From an uncultured Planctomycetota bacterium (GTDB lineage Bacteria > Planctomycetota > Planctomycetia > Isosphaerales > Isosphaeraceae): a stretch of DNA of 64,000 nucleotides. The first letter of the stretch is position 1; every line of letters starts with the position of its first letter. The DNA is taken from contig CAWJTV010000033.1 in NCBI GenBank assembly GCA_963845755.1, forward strand, positions 224,001 to 288,000, in the 5' to 3' direction. The notes under the pieces are model-generated. The model was not told the origin of the DNA, made no database searches, and saw only the letters and a list, made by a program, of their open reading frames with translations. Of this stretch, positions 22,357 to 31,879 are shown in pieces. A program made the position numbers and the translations under genes.

Positions 22357-23103
22357 TCACCCCGCCCGAGACGCGCACCCGAAACGGTCGAAAGTCAAAG
22401 CCGGGCACCGTCCCCTCTCGGGCAGGGCTTTCGTCGTCGCCAGCCCCAGTAGCCGAGGCCACAGGCGGCAGCAATGCCGAAGCAGGATCAGGCTGGCGGG
22501 TTCGGGGACGGCGTTTGCCGTGAAGCTGATCGGATTCAACGCAAACCCATCCGTTACCCCGTTGCCTTCCACGTAGAATTCGATCACGTTCAGTCCCGGG
22601 ACGAAGCCGCTGGAAAGGTCCACCGTGGGACCAAAGCTATAGGTATCCCCTCCGGGCCACGTACCGGTTATCAGGGGGCCGCCATTCAGGCTGTATTTTG
22701 GCACCCAGGTCCCACGGTCGGCGAAACCTTGACCGGAATCGTCCGCGGCCCACTGGAACTGCAGATCCGCGGTGTTCGGATCGTAGCCCGTCAGGTCGAA
22801 GGTCTGGCGGAACACGAAGAAGGTCCAGTCTCCAACAGGCCCGTTCGTTCCGGTCGAATTGTTGGCAATCCATCCCGTCGTCCCGGTAAACCTCCCCGTG
22901 ACCGCGGTGGCCGTGACGAAGCCCGTGGTCGGAAACGACGAGAACGAACCGTCCGTACCGCCCACGTTGACGGCGACCTGCCACTGCGACGCATTGGAAG
23001 TCGAGTAAAACGTGGGCCCACAATACCCTTCCGTGGTGCCCAAGGTGAGACAGACGGCCACGGCGCTGATCACCTGCAACCTGCTCAGAGTCGAACGCTT
23101 CAT
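22357..23103 (-). CDS. PEP-CTERM sorting domain protein (probable frameshift in TM tail near 22475)
   Basis: MKRSTLS signal peptide with GGAGGA RBS, FRQTFDLTG, WAADD and AVPEPASL. Confidence 0.85.
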   Translation of the reverse strand: MKRSTLSRLQVISAVAVCLTLGTTEGYCGPTFYSTSNASQWQVAVNVGGTDGSFSSFPTTGFVTATAVTGRFTGTTGWIANNSTGTNGPVGDWTFFVFRQTFDLTGYDPNTADLQFQWAADDSGQGFADRGTWVPKYSLNGGPLITGTWPGGDTYSFGPTVDLSSGFVPGLNVIEFYVEGNGVTDGFALNPISFTANAVPEPASLILLRHCCRLWPRLLGLATTKALPERGRCPALTFDRFGCASRAG

Positions 23104-23697
23104 CGGGTTGTCCTCCTCCATCAGGGGATGTCGATTTAGGTTTCGAGAATGATGCCGTTCCGGTGGGGACGGACCGGGATGCTTTTCCACACAAGTCGAA
23201 TCCGTTGCCAAGAATTTCGAGCCACTTCTTGATTTCGGATCCGGCGGTTCCTAGGATGGATGCCATCAAGTAATCAGACCGCGATCGGCCTTGAACGCCG
23301 GATCGGCATAAGCGTCCTCGCCTAGAGGCTCGACCCGACGACTCACGGACGCAACGTGACCAGGCCAGCAGTTGCGGCGACACATGACCGGCGGTCGAGA
23401 CCGGGATTCGCAGATCACAGCCAGGTTGGCCCCGCGAGCCAACCGAATTCTCCTTCTATCTGAATTACGAATCGGATCCACACGTATCCCAAAAAAGTCG
23501 CGTGACGAAACTCATGCGTAGAGACTCCGTGACGAGGAGTCCCGGCGTGAAACGCCTTTCGCCTTCTCGTTACCGGATCGAGCGTCGAGCTTCCATCCGT
23601 CTTATCGGTATGCGAAAATCCCGTTGGATCCCCTCAGTCAAAGAATGTGAAATAAAAATTCAGCCGATTCTCCGACAGAGCCGTTGGGGGACGAACT

Positions 23698-24271
23698 ATG
23701 AGCGTCGCAGGGCGGGGTGACGCCGTGCTCAATGAGGACCATGCCGGCGGCCCGGACGCCAGGGATCGACTGGTCCGGGCGATTTACCAGGACTTGCTGC
23801 GGCGTCGCGCGAGCCATGATGCGGCGCGAGCGCCGCGACCACACCTTGCAGGCCAGTGCCCTGGTCAACGAGGCCGTGATGCGCCTCGTCGAGAAAGAGG
23901 CAATCACGGAATCCTCCGACGCCAGCCACGTCCTCGCTGCGGCGGTCGAGGCGATGCGCCAGATCCTGGTCGACCACGCCCGGCGGCGCAACGCCGGCAA
24001 GCGCGGGGGCGGTCGGGCCCGCGTCCCCCTGGACGAGGTGCTGGTGAGCTTCGAGGAACAGGGGGTGGACGTGATCGACCTGCACCAGGCCCGCGAACGC
24101 CTCGCTCAGTCCCATCCGGACCCATCGCAGGTCGTGGAACTGCACATCTTCAGTGGGCTGTCGATCGGCGAGATCGCCAAGACACTGGGGGTCTCGCGCA
24201 CGACCGTCGAGACCCGCTGGCGGTTCGCACGGGCCTGGCTGCACGACCAGCTTGGAGGCTCGGAACGATGA
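23698..24271 (+). CDS. ECF-type sigma factor (TIGR02999-like; 5' frameshift)
   Basis: ERRDHTLQASALVNEAVMRL, AMRQILVDHARRRNAGKRGG and RWRFARAWL. Confidence 0.9.
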
Positions 24272-26778
24272 CTCCCGAGCGCGGCCAGAGGGTCTATGCC
24301 GTCTTCGAGGCGGCGCTGGCGTGCGATCCGGCCCGTCGTGCGGCCTTGCTCGAGGAGCGGTGTGCCGACGACCCTGAGCTGCGTACCGAAGTCGAACGAC
24401 TCCTCGTCGCAGGACTCCGAAGCCGAGCGGGATTGCTTCCTGGCAACTCCGGTCTCGACGGACGGGGAGGCACGCGACATGACATGTTGACCGAGAAGGA
24501 CCCCGAGTTCGGTCGGTCGAAAAGCTTCGAAGGCACGAGCGGCGTGGCCCCGATTCCGGCCGCTCTGCTGCCTCCCGGCCTGGCCGACCACCCCGATTAC
24601 ACGATCAAGCGGATGCTGGGCCGGGGCGCGATGGGCGTGGTCTACCTGGCCGAGAATCGACTCATGGGGCGGGACGAGGTGCTCAAGGTGACGAGGCTGA
24701 AGATTGTGGCCGATGGCCCGGAGGTCCTCGAACGCTCCCTCCGCGAGATTCGTGCCGTCGCGAAGCTCGATCACCCCAACATCGTCACGTCGCACCGCGC
24801 CGTCCAGCTCGGCGAGAATCTCGTACTGGCCATGGAACACGTCAACGGCCGCAACCTGTCCCAGGTCGTCAAGGCCCGGGGGCCGCTGCCGGTGGCGGAC
24901 GCCTGTCATTACATCAAACAGGCGGCGCTGGGCTTGCAGCACGCGCACGAACGCAGGATGGTCCACCGCGACATCAAGCCCAGCAACCTCATGCTCACCC
25001 GCCAGGGCGGCCGCGACGTGATCAAGGTGCTCGACTTCGGCCTGGCGAAGGTCCAGAGCGAGGGGCCGACGGACGCGACGCTGACCCACGAGGGCCAGAT
25101 GCTGGGCACGCTCGACTACATCGCACCCGAGCAAATTCGCGACGCGCGGCGGGCCGACATCCGAGCCGACATCTACGGCCTGGGTTGCACCCTCTATTAT
25201 CTCCTGGCCGGTGGCCCGCCATTCCCGAGGTCCAGCTACTATGAGATCTTCCACGCGCACCACGAGGCGGAGGCAGCCCCGCTCGACGAGGTGCGTCCGG
25301 AGGTGCCCGCGGCGCTGGTGGCTTTGGTGGCCAGGATGATGGCCAAGGAGCCTGACGATCGGCTCCAATCGCCCGCCGAGGTGGCCGACGCGCTGACGCC
25401 ATTCCTCGAGCCGGGCGCGAACCACGAGTCCGGAGGATCGCGTCCCGCGACCTCCCGCGCCGGAGAGGCCGCTCTGTCTCTCCAACCGGTCGGCAATGAG
25501 TCCGCGCCGGTGAACCCCATGGTCACACACGCGCCGTCTCCAGGGCCGCGCCGATCGTGGGACCGGGCGTCGGTCGCGGCCGGGGTGTTGTTCCTTTCGC
25601 TTGTCGTCGCCTCGGTGGTGATCTTCAAGACTCGGAACGGGACCATCGTCTTCGAGAACCTGCCGGAGAAGGCGGTTGTCACTGTCGACGGCGATGCGAT
25701 GACCGTCGAATGGCCGGACGGCGAGGGCCAAGGCCGCGCGCGGATCACGCTCGCGCCCGGCAAACACGCGGTCCAGATCCCGGTGAACGGCGTACGCGTG
25801 ACCGGCGAGGTGGTGAGCGTGGAATCGGGAGGGGTGAAGCCGTTCGTCGTGCGGATCGAGCCACGGCCAGTAACTGCCGAAGCACAAGTGCGAGCCACCG
25901 CTCGATCAGGACAGCAGCCGAAACCGGTCAAGAATTCGATGGGTATAACGCTGGTGCTCATTCCCGCGGGGGATTTCGTGATGGGCAGTCGATTTGAGCC
26001 CCCAGGCGAAGACGAGCGGCCTCCGCACCCGGTCCGAATCACCCGGCCATTCTACCTCGGTGTCTATGAGGTCACCCAGAAGCAGTATGAGACGATCATG
26101 GGGAAGAATCCGAGCCACTTCTCGGGCCGACCCAGGAATCCGGTCAACGATGTGACCTGGATCGATGCGGTCAGCTTCTGCAACAAGCTTAGTGAGCGCG
26201 AGCGGCTCCCGCCATATTATTGCATCGTGGGTGCGAAGGAAGTGACCATTCTGGATGGCACGGGATACCGGCTACCGACCGAGGCGGAGTGGGAATATGC
26301 CTGCTGGGCAGGGAATTCCGATACCATCTCATTCCGCAACAACACCCATTTGAGTCGATATGCTTGGAATGCGACCAACTGCGGTCGAATGACCCACCCC
26401 GTCGGCGAGAAGGAGCCCAACGCCTTCGGCCTGTACGACATGTACGGCAACGTCTGGGAATGGTGCTGGGATTGGGTGGGGCCGTATCCGTCGAACCTGT
26501 CGATCGACCCGACCGGTCCGGCTACGGGGAAGGTCCGCGTTCTGCATGGCAACGGTTGGTGGAACGGCGATTGCGAATCGACTCGACCGTCGTTTCGTCT
26601 GGGCTTTCCGCCCGGGAGGACTTCGCCGAATCACGACTTTGGATTACGCATCGCCGCAGGTGGAACGGATGGCTTGCCCAACATCGCCGCCGAGAGTCCC
26701 GCTCGCACGCCGGTGGGCAAGCCGCAGGTGCCACCCACCGTCCCCCCTTCGCCGGGTGAACAACACCGGTTGCCCTGA
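24268..26778 (+). CDS. Ser/Thr kinase with TM segment and FGE-sulfatase (SUMF1/CLec) domain
   Basis: ATGA overlap with the sigma; HRDIKPSN, DFG, TM segment, YRLPTEAEWEYAC and GLYDMYGNVWEWC. Confidence 0.92.
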   Translation: MTPERGQRVYAVFEAALACDPARRAALLEERCADDPELRTEVERLLVAGLRSRAGLLPGNSGLDGRGGTRHDMLTEKDPEFGRSKSFEGTSGVAPIPAALLPPGLADHPDYTIKRMLGRGAMGVVYLAENRLMGRDEVLKVTRLKIVADGPEVLERSLREIRAVAKLDHPNIVTSHRAVQLGENLVLAMEHVNGRNLSQVVKARGPLPVADACHYIKQAALGLQHAHERRMVHRDIKPSNLMLTRQGGRDVIKVLDFGLAKVQSEGPTDATLTHEGQMLGTLDYIAPEQIRDARRADIRADIYGLGCTLYYLLAGGPPFPRSSYYEIFHAHHEAEAAPLDEVRPEVPAALVALVARMMAKEPDDRLQSPAEVADALTPFLEPGANHESGGSRPATSRAGEAALSLQPVGNESAPVNPMVTHAPSPGPRRSWDRASVAAGVLFLSLVVASVVIFKTRNGTIVFENLPEKAVVTVDGDAMTVEWPDGEGQGRARITLAPGKHAVQIPVNGVRVTGEVVSVESGGVKPFVVRIEPRPVTAEAQVRATARSGQQPKPVKNSMGITLVLIPAGDFVMGSRFEPPGEDERPPHPVRITRPFYLGVYEVTQKQYETIMGKNPSHFSGRPRNPVNDVTWIDAVSFCNKLSERERLPPYYCIVGAKEVTILDGTGYRLPTEAEWEYACWAGNSDTISFRNNTHLSRYAWNATNCGRMTHPVGEKEPNAFGLYDMYGNVWEWCWDWVGPYPSNLSIDPTGPATGKVRVLHGNGWWNGDCESTRPSFRLGFPPGRTSPNHDFGLRIAAGGTDGLPNIAAESPARTPVGKPQVPPTVPPSPGEQHRLP

Positions 26779-27146
26779 ACTTCCAGCGGGGAGTCGATGG
26801 CTAAGCCACGTGCGTCATCAGGGTTCTCCCCTCTTCCCGGCCTCCGCCCGTACCACCAGGCCAGCGAGTCGGGCGTCCCGTTCTACAAGAGTGCACGACC
26901 ATCCCGAAATGTCCGAGTCCCCGGAGAGATCTGGGTGAACTGCCTCTGTAAGGCGACCGGTGCCGACCCGGTCGAACTACCCGGCGAAGTGTGGGGTTGG
27001 TAGAATCCCAGGTGTACGAAAGTCGTCATGGGGCGATGGTCATCGCCGGTCGGTTTGGAAGGTCCGGGATCGGGAAGTCCCAACTCAACGAGTGAGGAAC
27101 TCACGATCGAGCTTCCTCGAGAATCCTTGAACAGGAGGATGGCCCC

Positions 27147-27404
27147 ATGGTCAAGATCTTGCGAGGCGTCGTTCACGGCCGGACCATCGAGTTGGAAGCC
27201 GAGCCCGACATCGAGGATGGCCGGACCGTCGAGGTCATCGTCCGATCCAAATCGCTTCCTGGTCCGCCTCCCGGGTGGCGGCCGGGAGGCCGCGAGACGG
27301 CGGCGGGGATGATGGCCGCACACTGGACCGAGGAGGACGATCGGATCCTCGAAGAGATCAAGCGGGCCCGTCATCAGCCCTCAACGCGGGAGATTCCGGA
27401 GTGA
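27147..27404 (+). CDS. Putative antitoxin
   Basis: GVVHGRTIELE...GRTVEVIV beta-barrel-like start; GTGA overlap with the PIN toxin. Confidence 0.75.
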   Translation: MVKILRGVVHGRTIELEAEPDIEDGRTVEVIVRSKSLPGPPPGWRPGGRETAAGMMAAHWTEEDDRILEEIKRARHQPSTREIPE

Positions 27405-27796
27405 GTTTTCTTCTCGACACGAACATCCTCTCCGAGCACCTCCGGCGACCCGCGGGACTCACCCATCGCTTCGTCCAGCATTCCGGCCGGCTCTACACGT
27501 CGAGCGTTTCCCTGGCCGAACTCCACGATTGGGCAAACGGCCGTGGTGATCCGACTCCGACCCTTGCGGCCATCCGGGACCTGCTGACGTATGAGGTGAA
27601 CATCATTCCCTTCGACGCCGACCGTGCCGAGGACTTCGGGCGATTGAGGGTCCTCCTCCGCCGGCAGGGTATCAACGTAGACAATATGGATCTGCTCATC
27701 GCCGCGACGGCTCGTGTCTACGACCTGACACTCGTCACACATAACACACGGCATTTTCAGGGAATCCCGGACCTCAGGCTCGAGGACTGGCTCTGA
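27401..27796 (+). CDS. vapC: VapC family PIN toxin
   Basis: FLLDTNILS, DLLIAATA and LVTHNTRHF. Confidence 0.92.
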   Translation: MSFLLDTNILSEHLRRPAGLTHRFVQHSGRLYTSSVSLAELHDWANGRGDPTPTLAAIRDLLTYEVNIIPFDADRAEDFGRLRVLLRRQGINVDNMDLLIAATARVYDLTLVTHNTRHFQGIPDLRLEDWL

Positions 27797-28108
27797 TCGG
27801 AATGTCCCGCTCAGAAAAACCGGGAGCCTGGTGTGACGCCACCGCGAGACGTCACGACAGCGAGGAGCAGCACCGGCCCTGGAGCCAATCACGTGTCCAT
27901 TCGCAGACACTCCTCAAACAGGGTGAGCCAGATCGATTTGGCAGCGGTTCAGAGGCTGTTCCAGAATCGTTCGTTGGCGGGGGAGCCTCACCTGGGGGAT
28001 CGAATCGTGGTTCTCTCGTACGCCGCAGGCGTTGCATAACTCGGCCCACGGTCGCCGCAGGCGCACCCTGGGACGAAGTCGCGGATCCGAAGATGTTCAT
28101 CGCAGTAG

Positions 28109-28860
28109 TCAGGAGACCCGCGCCGAGTACGTCGGGAGGTGATTCCCGCCCCATCCGTAAGTCGCCTTCATGAGAGTTCCGGCCTCGTGATCCGCTTCGG
28201 CGTGCATCAGCGCCTGCACCCGTTCCTCCTGGGCGTCGTCCAGATCCGAGTACGCCTCCAGGAATACGGCCAGAAGGAACTTCCGATAGTCATTCTCCCT
28301 CGAAGCGGCGATCCGTTTCGACCCCTCGGCATACAGCCCGGCCCGCCGCTCCGCCGGGATCTTCATCAGGGCGTCGGCGCCTCGCCCAGCAGGTTCTCGC
28401 CCATCGCATGAGCCTCCCCGGGCACGGCCGGCAGGCCGACGTAGGCATACTCGAACCGGAGGACCCGCTGCTCCCAGAAGTGTTCTTCATGGACATCCCA
28501 GCCGGACCCGTCGAGCCCGACGCGGAGGAACCACGCGATGAGGAATACGGGGCAGCCCAGTGTCGCGGCGAAACTGGACGTAATAGTCGAACTTCCGCGG
28601 CCGGAAGACCACACCTGTCGCGCGACTCGACCTCGACGTGGACCAGCGCCACCAGGTCGGTCACGCCCGCGCGGACCGGCGGCGCGCCGGGCTTCAGCTT
28701 CAACTTGGCGACCAGATCGAGCCGCCGCTTCTCCCCCTGGGGTGGTGCCAGGGACCGAACTGCCGAGGCCCTGCGACGCCACCCTCAAGGCCGGAGAGCC
28801 AGCCGAGTTGAGGAGCCTGCTCCCGGATGCGCGCGAAGACACACTTGACCTCGCGACTCG
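28109..28860 (-). pseudogene. Decayed Rpn/PD-(D/E)XK-like hypothetical gene
   Basis: Fragments LVHVEVESRD, FEYAYVGLPA and FLLAVFLEAYSDL spread over several frames. Confidence 0.6.
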
Positions 28861-29099
28861 ACGACCTAATGGCCGATTACCGACGTGGCCTGGCGCTCAA
28901 GACCTCCACCGAAGATCGGGGAGGATTGCTGGATCCGATGATCGCCAGACGGCGCAACATACAATCAATAGTTAATAATTATAAATATTAATTATATATT
29001 ATATTGAATCGCGCTTTCCTGAAATGTTCACAATGATGGTCCCCCACCTCCACACCTGATTCTCCACCTGTTATCAGGGGGGTCGCGGATCGCCTGGGT

Positions 29100-29147
29100 G
29101 AACGGTCCCGAACCGGCGGGGTGAACGGTTCGGGACCCGTTCTTGGC
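29100..29147. repeat. Hairpin (terminator or REP)
   Basis: gaacggtcccgaaccg / cggttcgggacccgttc, about 100 bp downstream of the phosphoesterase stop. Confidence 0.5.
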
Positions 29148-29245
29148 CCGCCCATTCCGCCCAACCCGAGCTCGAGGACCGACAACCCGCGCGGCAGACC
29201 ACGGTGTCGGGCGGTCCGTGCATTGCTGTTCACCGAGAAGTCTCT

Positions 29246-31743
29246 TCATTTCCCCCGGTACGCGATCGCACGCCGCGCCGCGGGCGGCACGGGCGCATCC
29301 TTCCCCTTGATCGACTTCCAGAGGATCTCATTGAGCTCGAAGTCGTCGATCCGGTCGTACTCGTCGAAGTCCATCTTGAGCGACCGCTCGGCGCCGTAGG
29401 CGGTCGGTAAGTTGACCTCGTTCAGATCGATCTGTGCGGGCTCGAGGGCATAAGGCGTCACGTCGGGCTTGTCGGTGAACGAGGCGAACATCGGCCGGGC
29501 CGACGCGTCGAACTGGGAGAGCGGCGCCAGGCCCAGGATCAACTCGATCGTCCGGAGCATGCTGACCGTGCTGTACTGGCTGCTATCGAGTTGCTTCCGC
29601 CTCGTATAAGCGCTGATGACCAGCCCGACGGTGCGGTGGGCATCGACGTGGTCCGGGCCGTTCTGGGCATCGTCCTCGATGACGAAGATCGCGATCTCGG
29701 GCCAGTGCTTGCTGTGCGTGATTGCCTCGACGATCCGCCCCAGGGCCTGGTCGTTGCTGGCGACGCAGGCGCGCGGCGTGAAGGTGCCCGGGACGCGTGC
29801 CGGTCGTATGATCTTCGCCCAGGCTCATCACCATGAACCGCGGCAGGTTGCCGTTCTTCTCGAATTCGCGGAATTCTCGGAGGAAGGTCTCGGCATTGTC
29901 GGTATCGCGGTTGCGGCCGCCGCGGACCTTGGCGATGCCGTAATCGGGGCACATATGACCGACCAGACCCGGCACCGCCCCCTCGACGCGGAGCGAGCCG
30001 TCGGGCTGGCTGACTCGGCGTCCGTACTCGCCATAGCTGCGATAACTCAATCCCGCACGAGAGCACGCGTCCCAGAGATAGCCCGAGGGGGCGTTCGACA
30101 GATCGCCGTCATCATCGTCGTGGATTCCCGTCCGGCCCGAGTAGGTCAGGGCCCAGTTCCGCGCGATGTAGTCGGTGTTGTAGGCCATCGTCGACCACGG
30201 GTGGCCGTCGGCCGAGACATGGCCGTTGCAATACAGGTTGTCCAGGAGCACGAACTCCTCGGCCAGCTTGTGGTGGTTGGGCGTCACCTCACGCCCGAAC
30301 ATCACCAGCGACGGGTCGCCGTTGCCCCGGGACATGTCGCCGAAAACCTGGTCGTAGGTTCGGTTCTCCTTGATGATATAGAGCACGTACTTGATCGGCG
30401 ACGGATCGCCCACCTTGGTCGGGATCGCGGTCTTCTCCGGATGCGGGGCGTCGGTGATGAGCTGATCGGAATACGGGCAGTTCTTGTAGACCGTCTCGGT
30501 GTATTGGGCCAGGGCCTTGTCGTCGGGGACCGGGACGATCGACAACGACCCCGAGAGCGTCGTGCCGATGTAGGGGAACGGCAGGACTCGGCGCTTGGCA
30601 ACCGGATCGTACTCGGTCTTCACCTTGGCCTTGGCCGGCTCGATCGGGTTGGCCCGGGTCTGGTTCCCTTTCCCGACCCCGACGAGCAGCGACTTGCCGT
30701 CCGGCGTGACCGCCACGGCGGTGGGATACCAGCCTGTGGGGATGAAGCCCTTGACCTGGCTGCGGCTCGGCATGGCGACGTCGATGACGGCGATGCAGTT
30801 GTTGTCGGCGTTGGCGACGTAGAGCGTCTTGCCATCCGGAGCGATCGCCAGGGCATCGGGCGTACTCCCCTCGGGAGCCATGGGGAACAGGGCCGTGTGG
30901 ATCGTCTCCACGACGATCCCGCGCCGGGTGTCGATGACCGAGACGCAGTTGCTCGAGGAGCAGGCGACGAAGATCCGATCGTCCTGGGGATGGACGGCAA
31001 TCTGGTTGGGGTGCTCGCCGACGCTGATCCGGGCCACCGTATGAAGATCGACCGGGTCGAGGACGCGGACGACCCGGCCGGCCCAGTCGGAGACGTACAG
31101 ACGGGAGCCGTTGCGGGCAATCGCGACGTCATAAGGCCGCGCGCCGGCCGTTGCGGATTGGATCTCTTTCTCGGTCGCCAGATCGATGGCCGTGATGCGT
31201 CCCGGCCTCGACGTCTAGCGAGTAAAGCATCTTACGCTGAGGATCCAGAGCCAGCCCGCTGCGGAAATGGCTGGCGCCCGCCGATCGTCCCTTGCTCTTG
31301 GCCGTTTCCGCCGCCCCGGTTCGGGTCAAGCGATGCTCAGCCAGACCGAATGCGTGCAGCATGTTGCCGCCGCCGCCCGACCACCAGATCCGGTCGGCCT
31401 CGGGCGTGACCGCCAGGCCGAACCAGCTCTGGCGGACGGTCTGTTTGTCGACGACCTTCTTCTCCTGCAGATCGACGATCGCGAGTTCGTGGGCGTTGTA
31501 ACCGCTGGTCGCGGCCAGCACATGGCGGTTGTCGGCCAGCGGGATGATGTTGAGCGGAAGGTCGGCCAGCGGGATGTGCTCACCCGCGGGCTTCAATCTC
31601 CAGCCGTTGGGCAAGAGGAAGCCTTGGTCGGTCGGACCCGCGTAACGGGGAGTCTCTTGAGCCCGTGGCGCCGTCGTCCCGAACAGGGCCAACGTCAGAG
31701 TCGCCAGGATCGCGAGGGAAAGCGACGTGAGCTGCCTGGTCAT
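29246..31743 (-). CDS. YVTN/YncE beta-propeller plus alkaline-phosphatase-like (phosphoesterase) protein; several frameshifts
   Basis: Signal peptide, LPNGWRLKPAG, GFIPTGWYPT, YIIKENRTYDQVFGD, SADGHPW and MLRTIELILGL. Confidence 0.88.
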
Positions 31744-31879
31744 GGAACGAGCCTCTTGCAGGGTCGAAACGGGGTGGGTCAAGCCGTCGAAGTCCCGCCC
31801 ATGGTGACCGACCGCGGTGAGGAAGTCCAATGAGTTTTCGGTGTAGAGGCGATGGAAGGGCGACCAACCGCTCATGGAT

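Noticed and set aside
26440..26660. Second FGE domain as a DGR variable region
   Set aside because: The domain is not terminal, shows no clear compositional anomaly, and no template repeat was seen.
23698..26778. 1026-aa ORF read as one protein
   Set aside because: The first 190 codons are mostly an off-frame reading of the sigma gene; the kinase starts at 24268.
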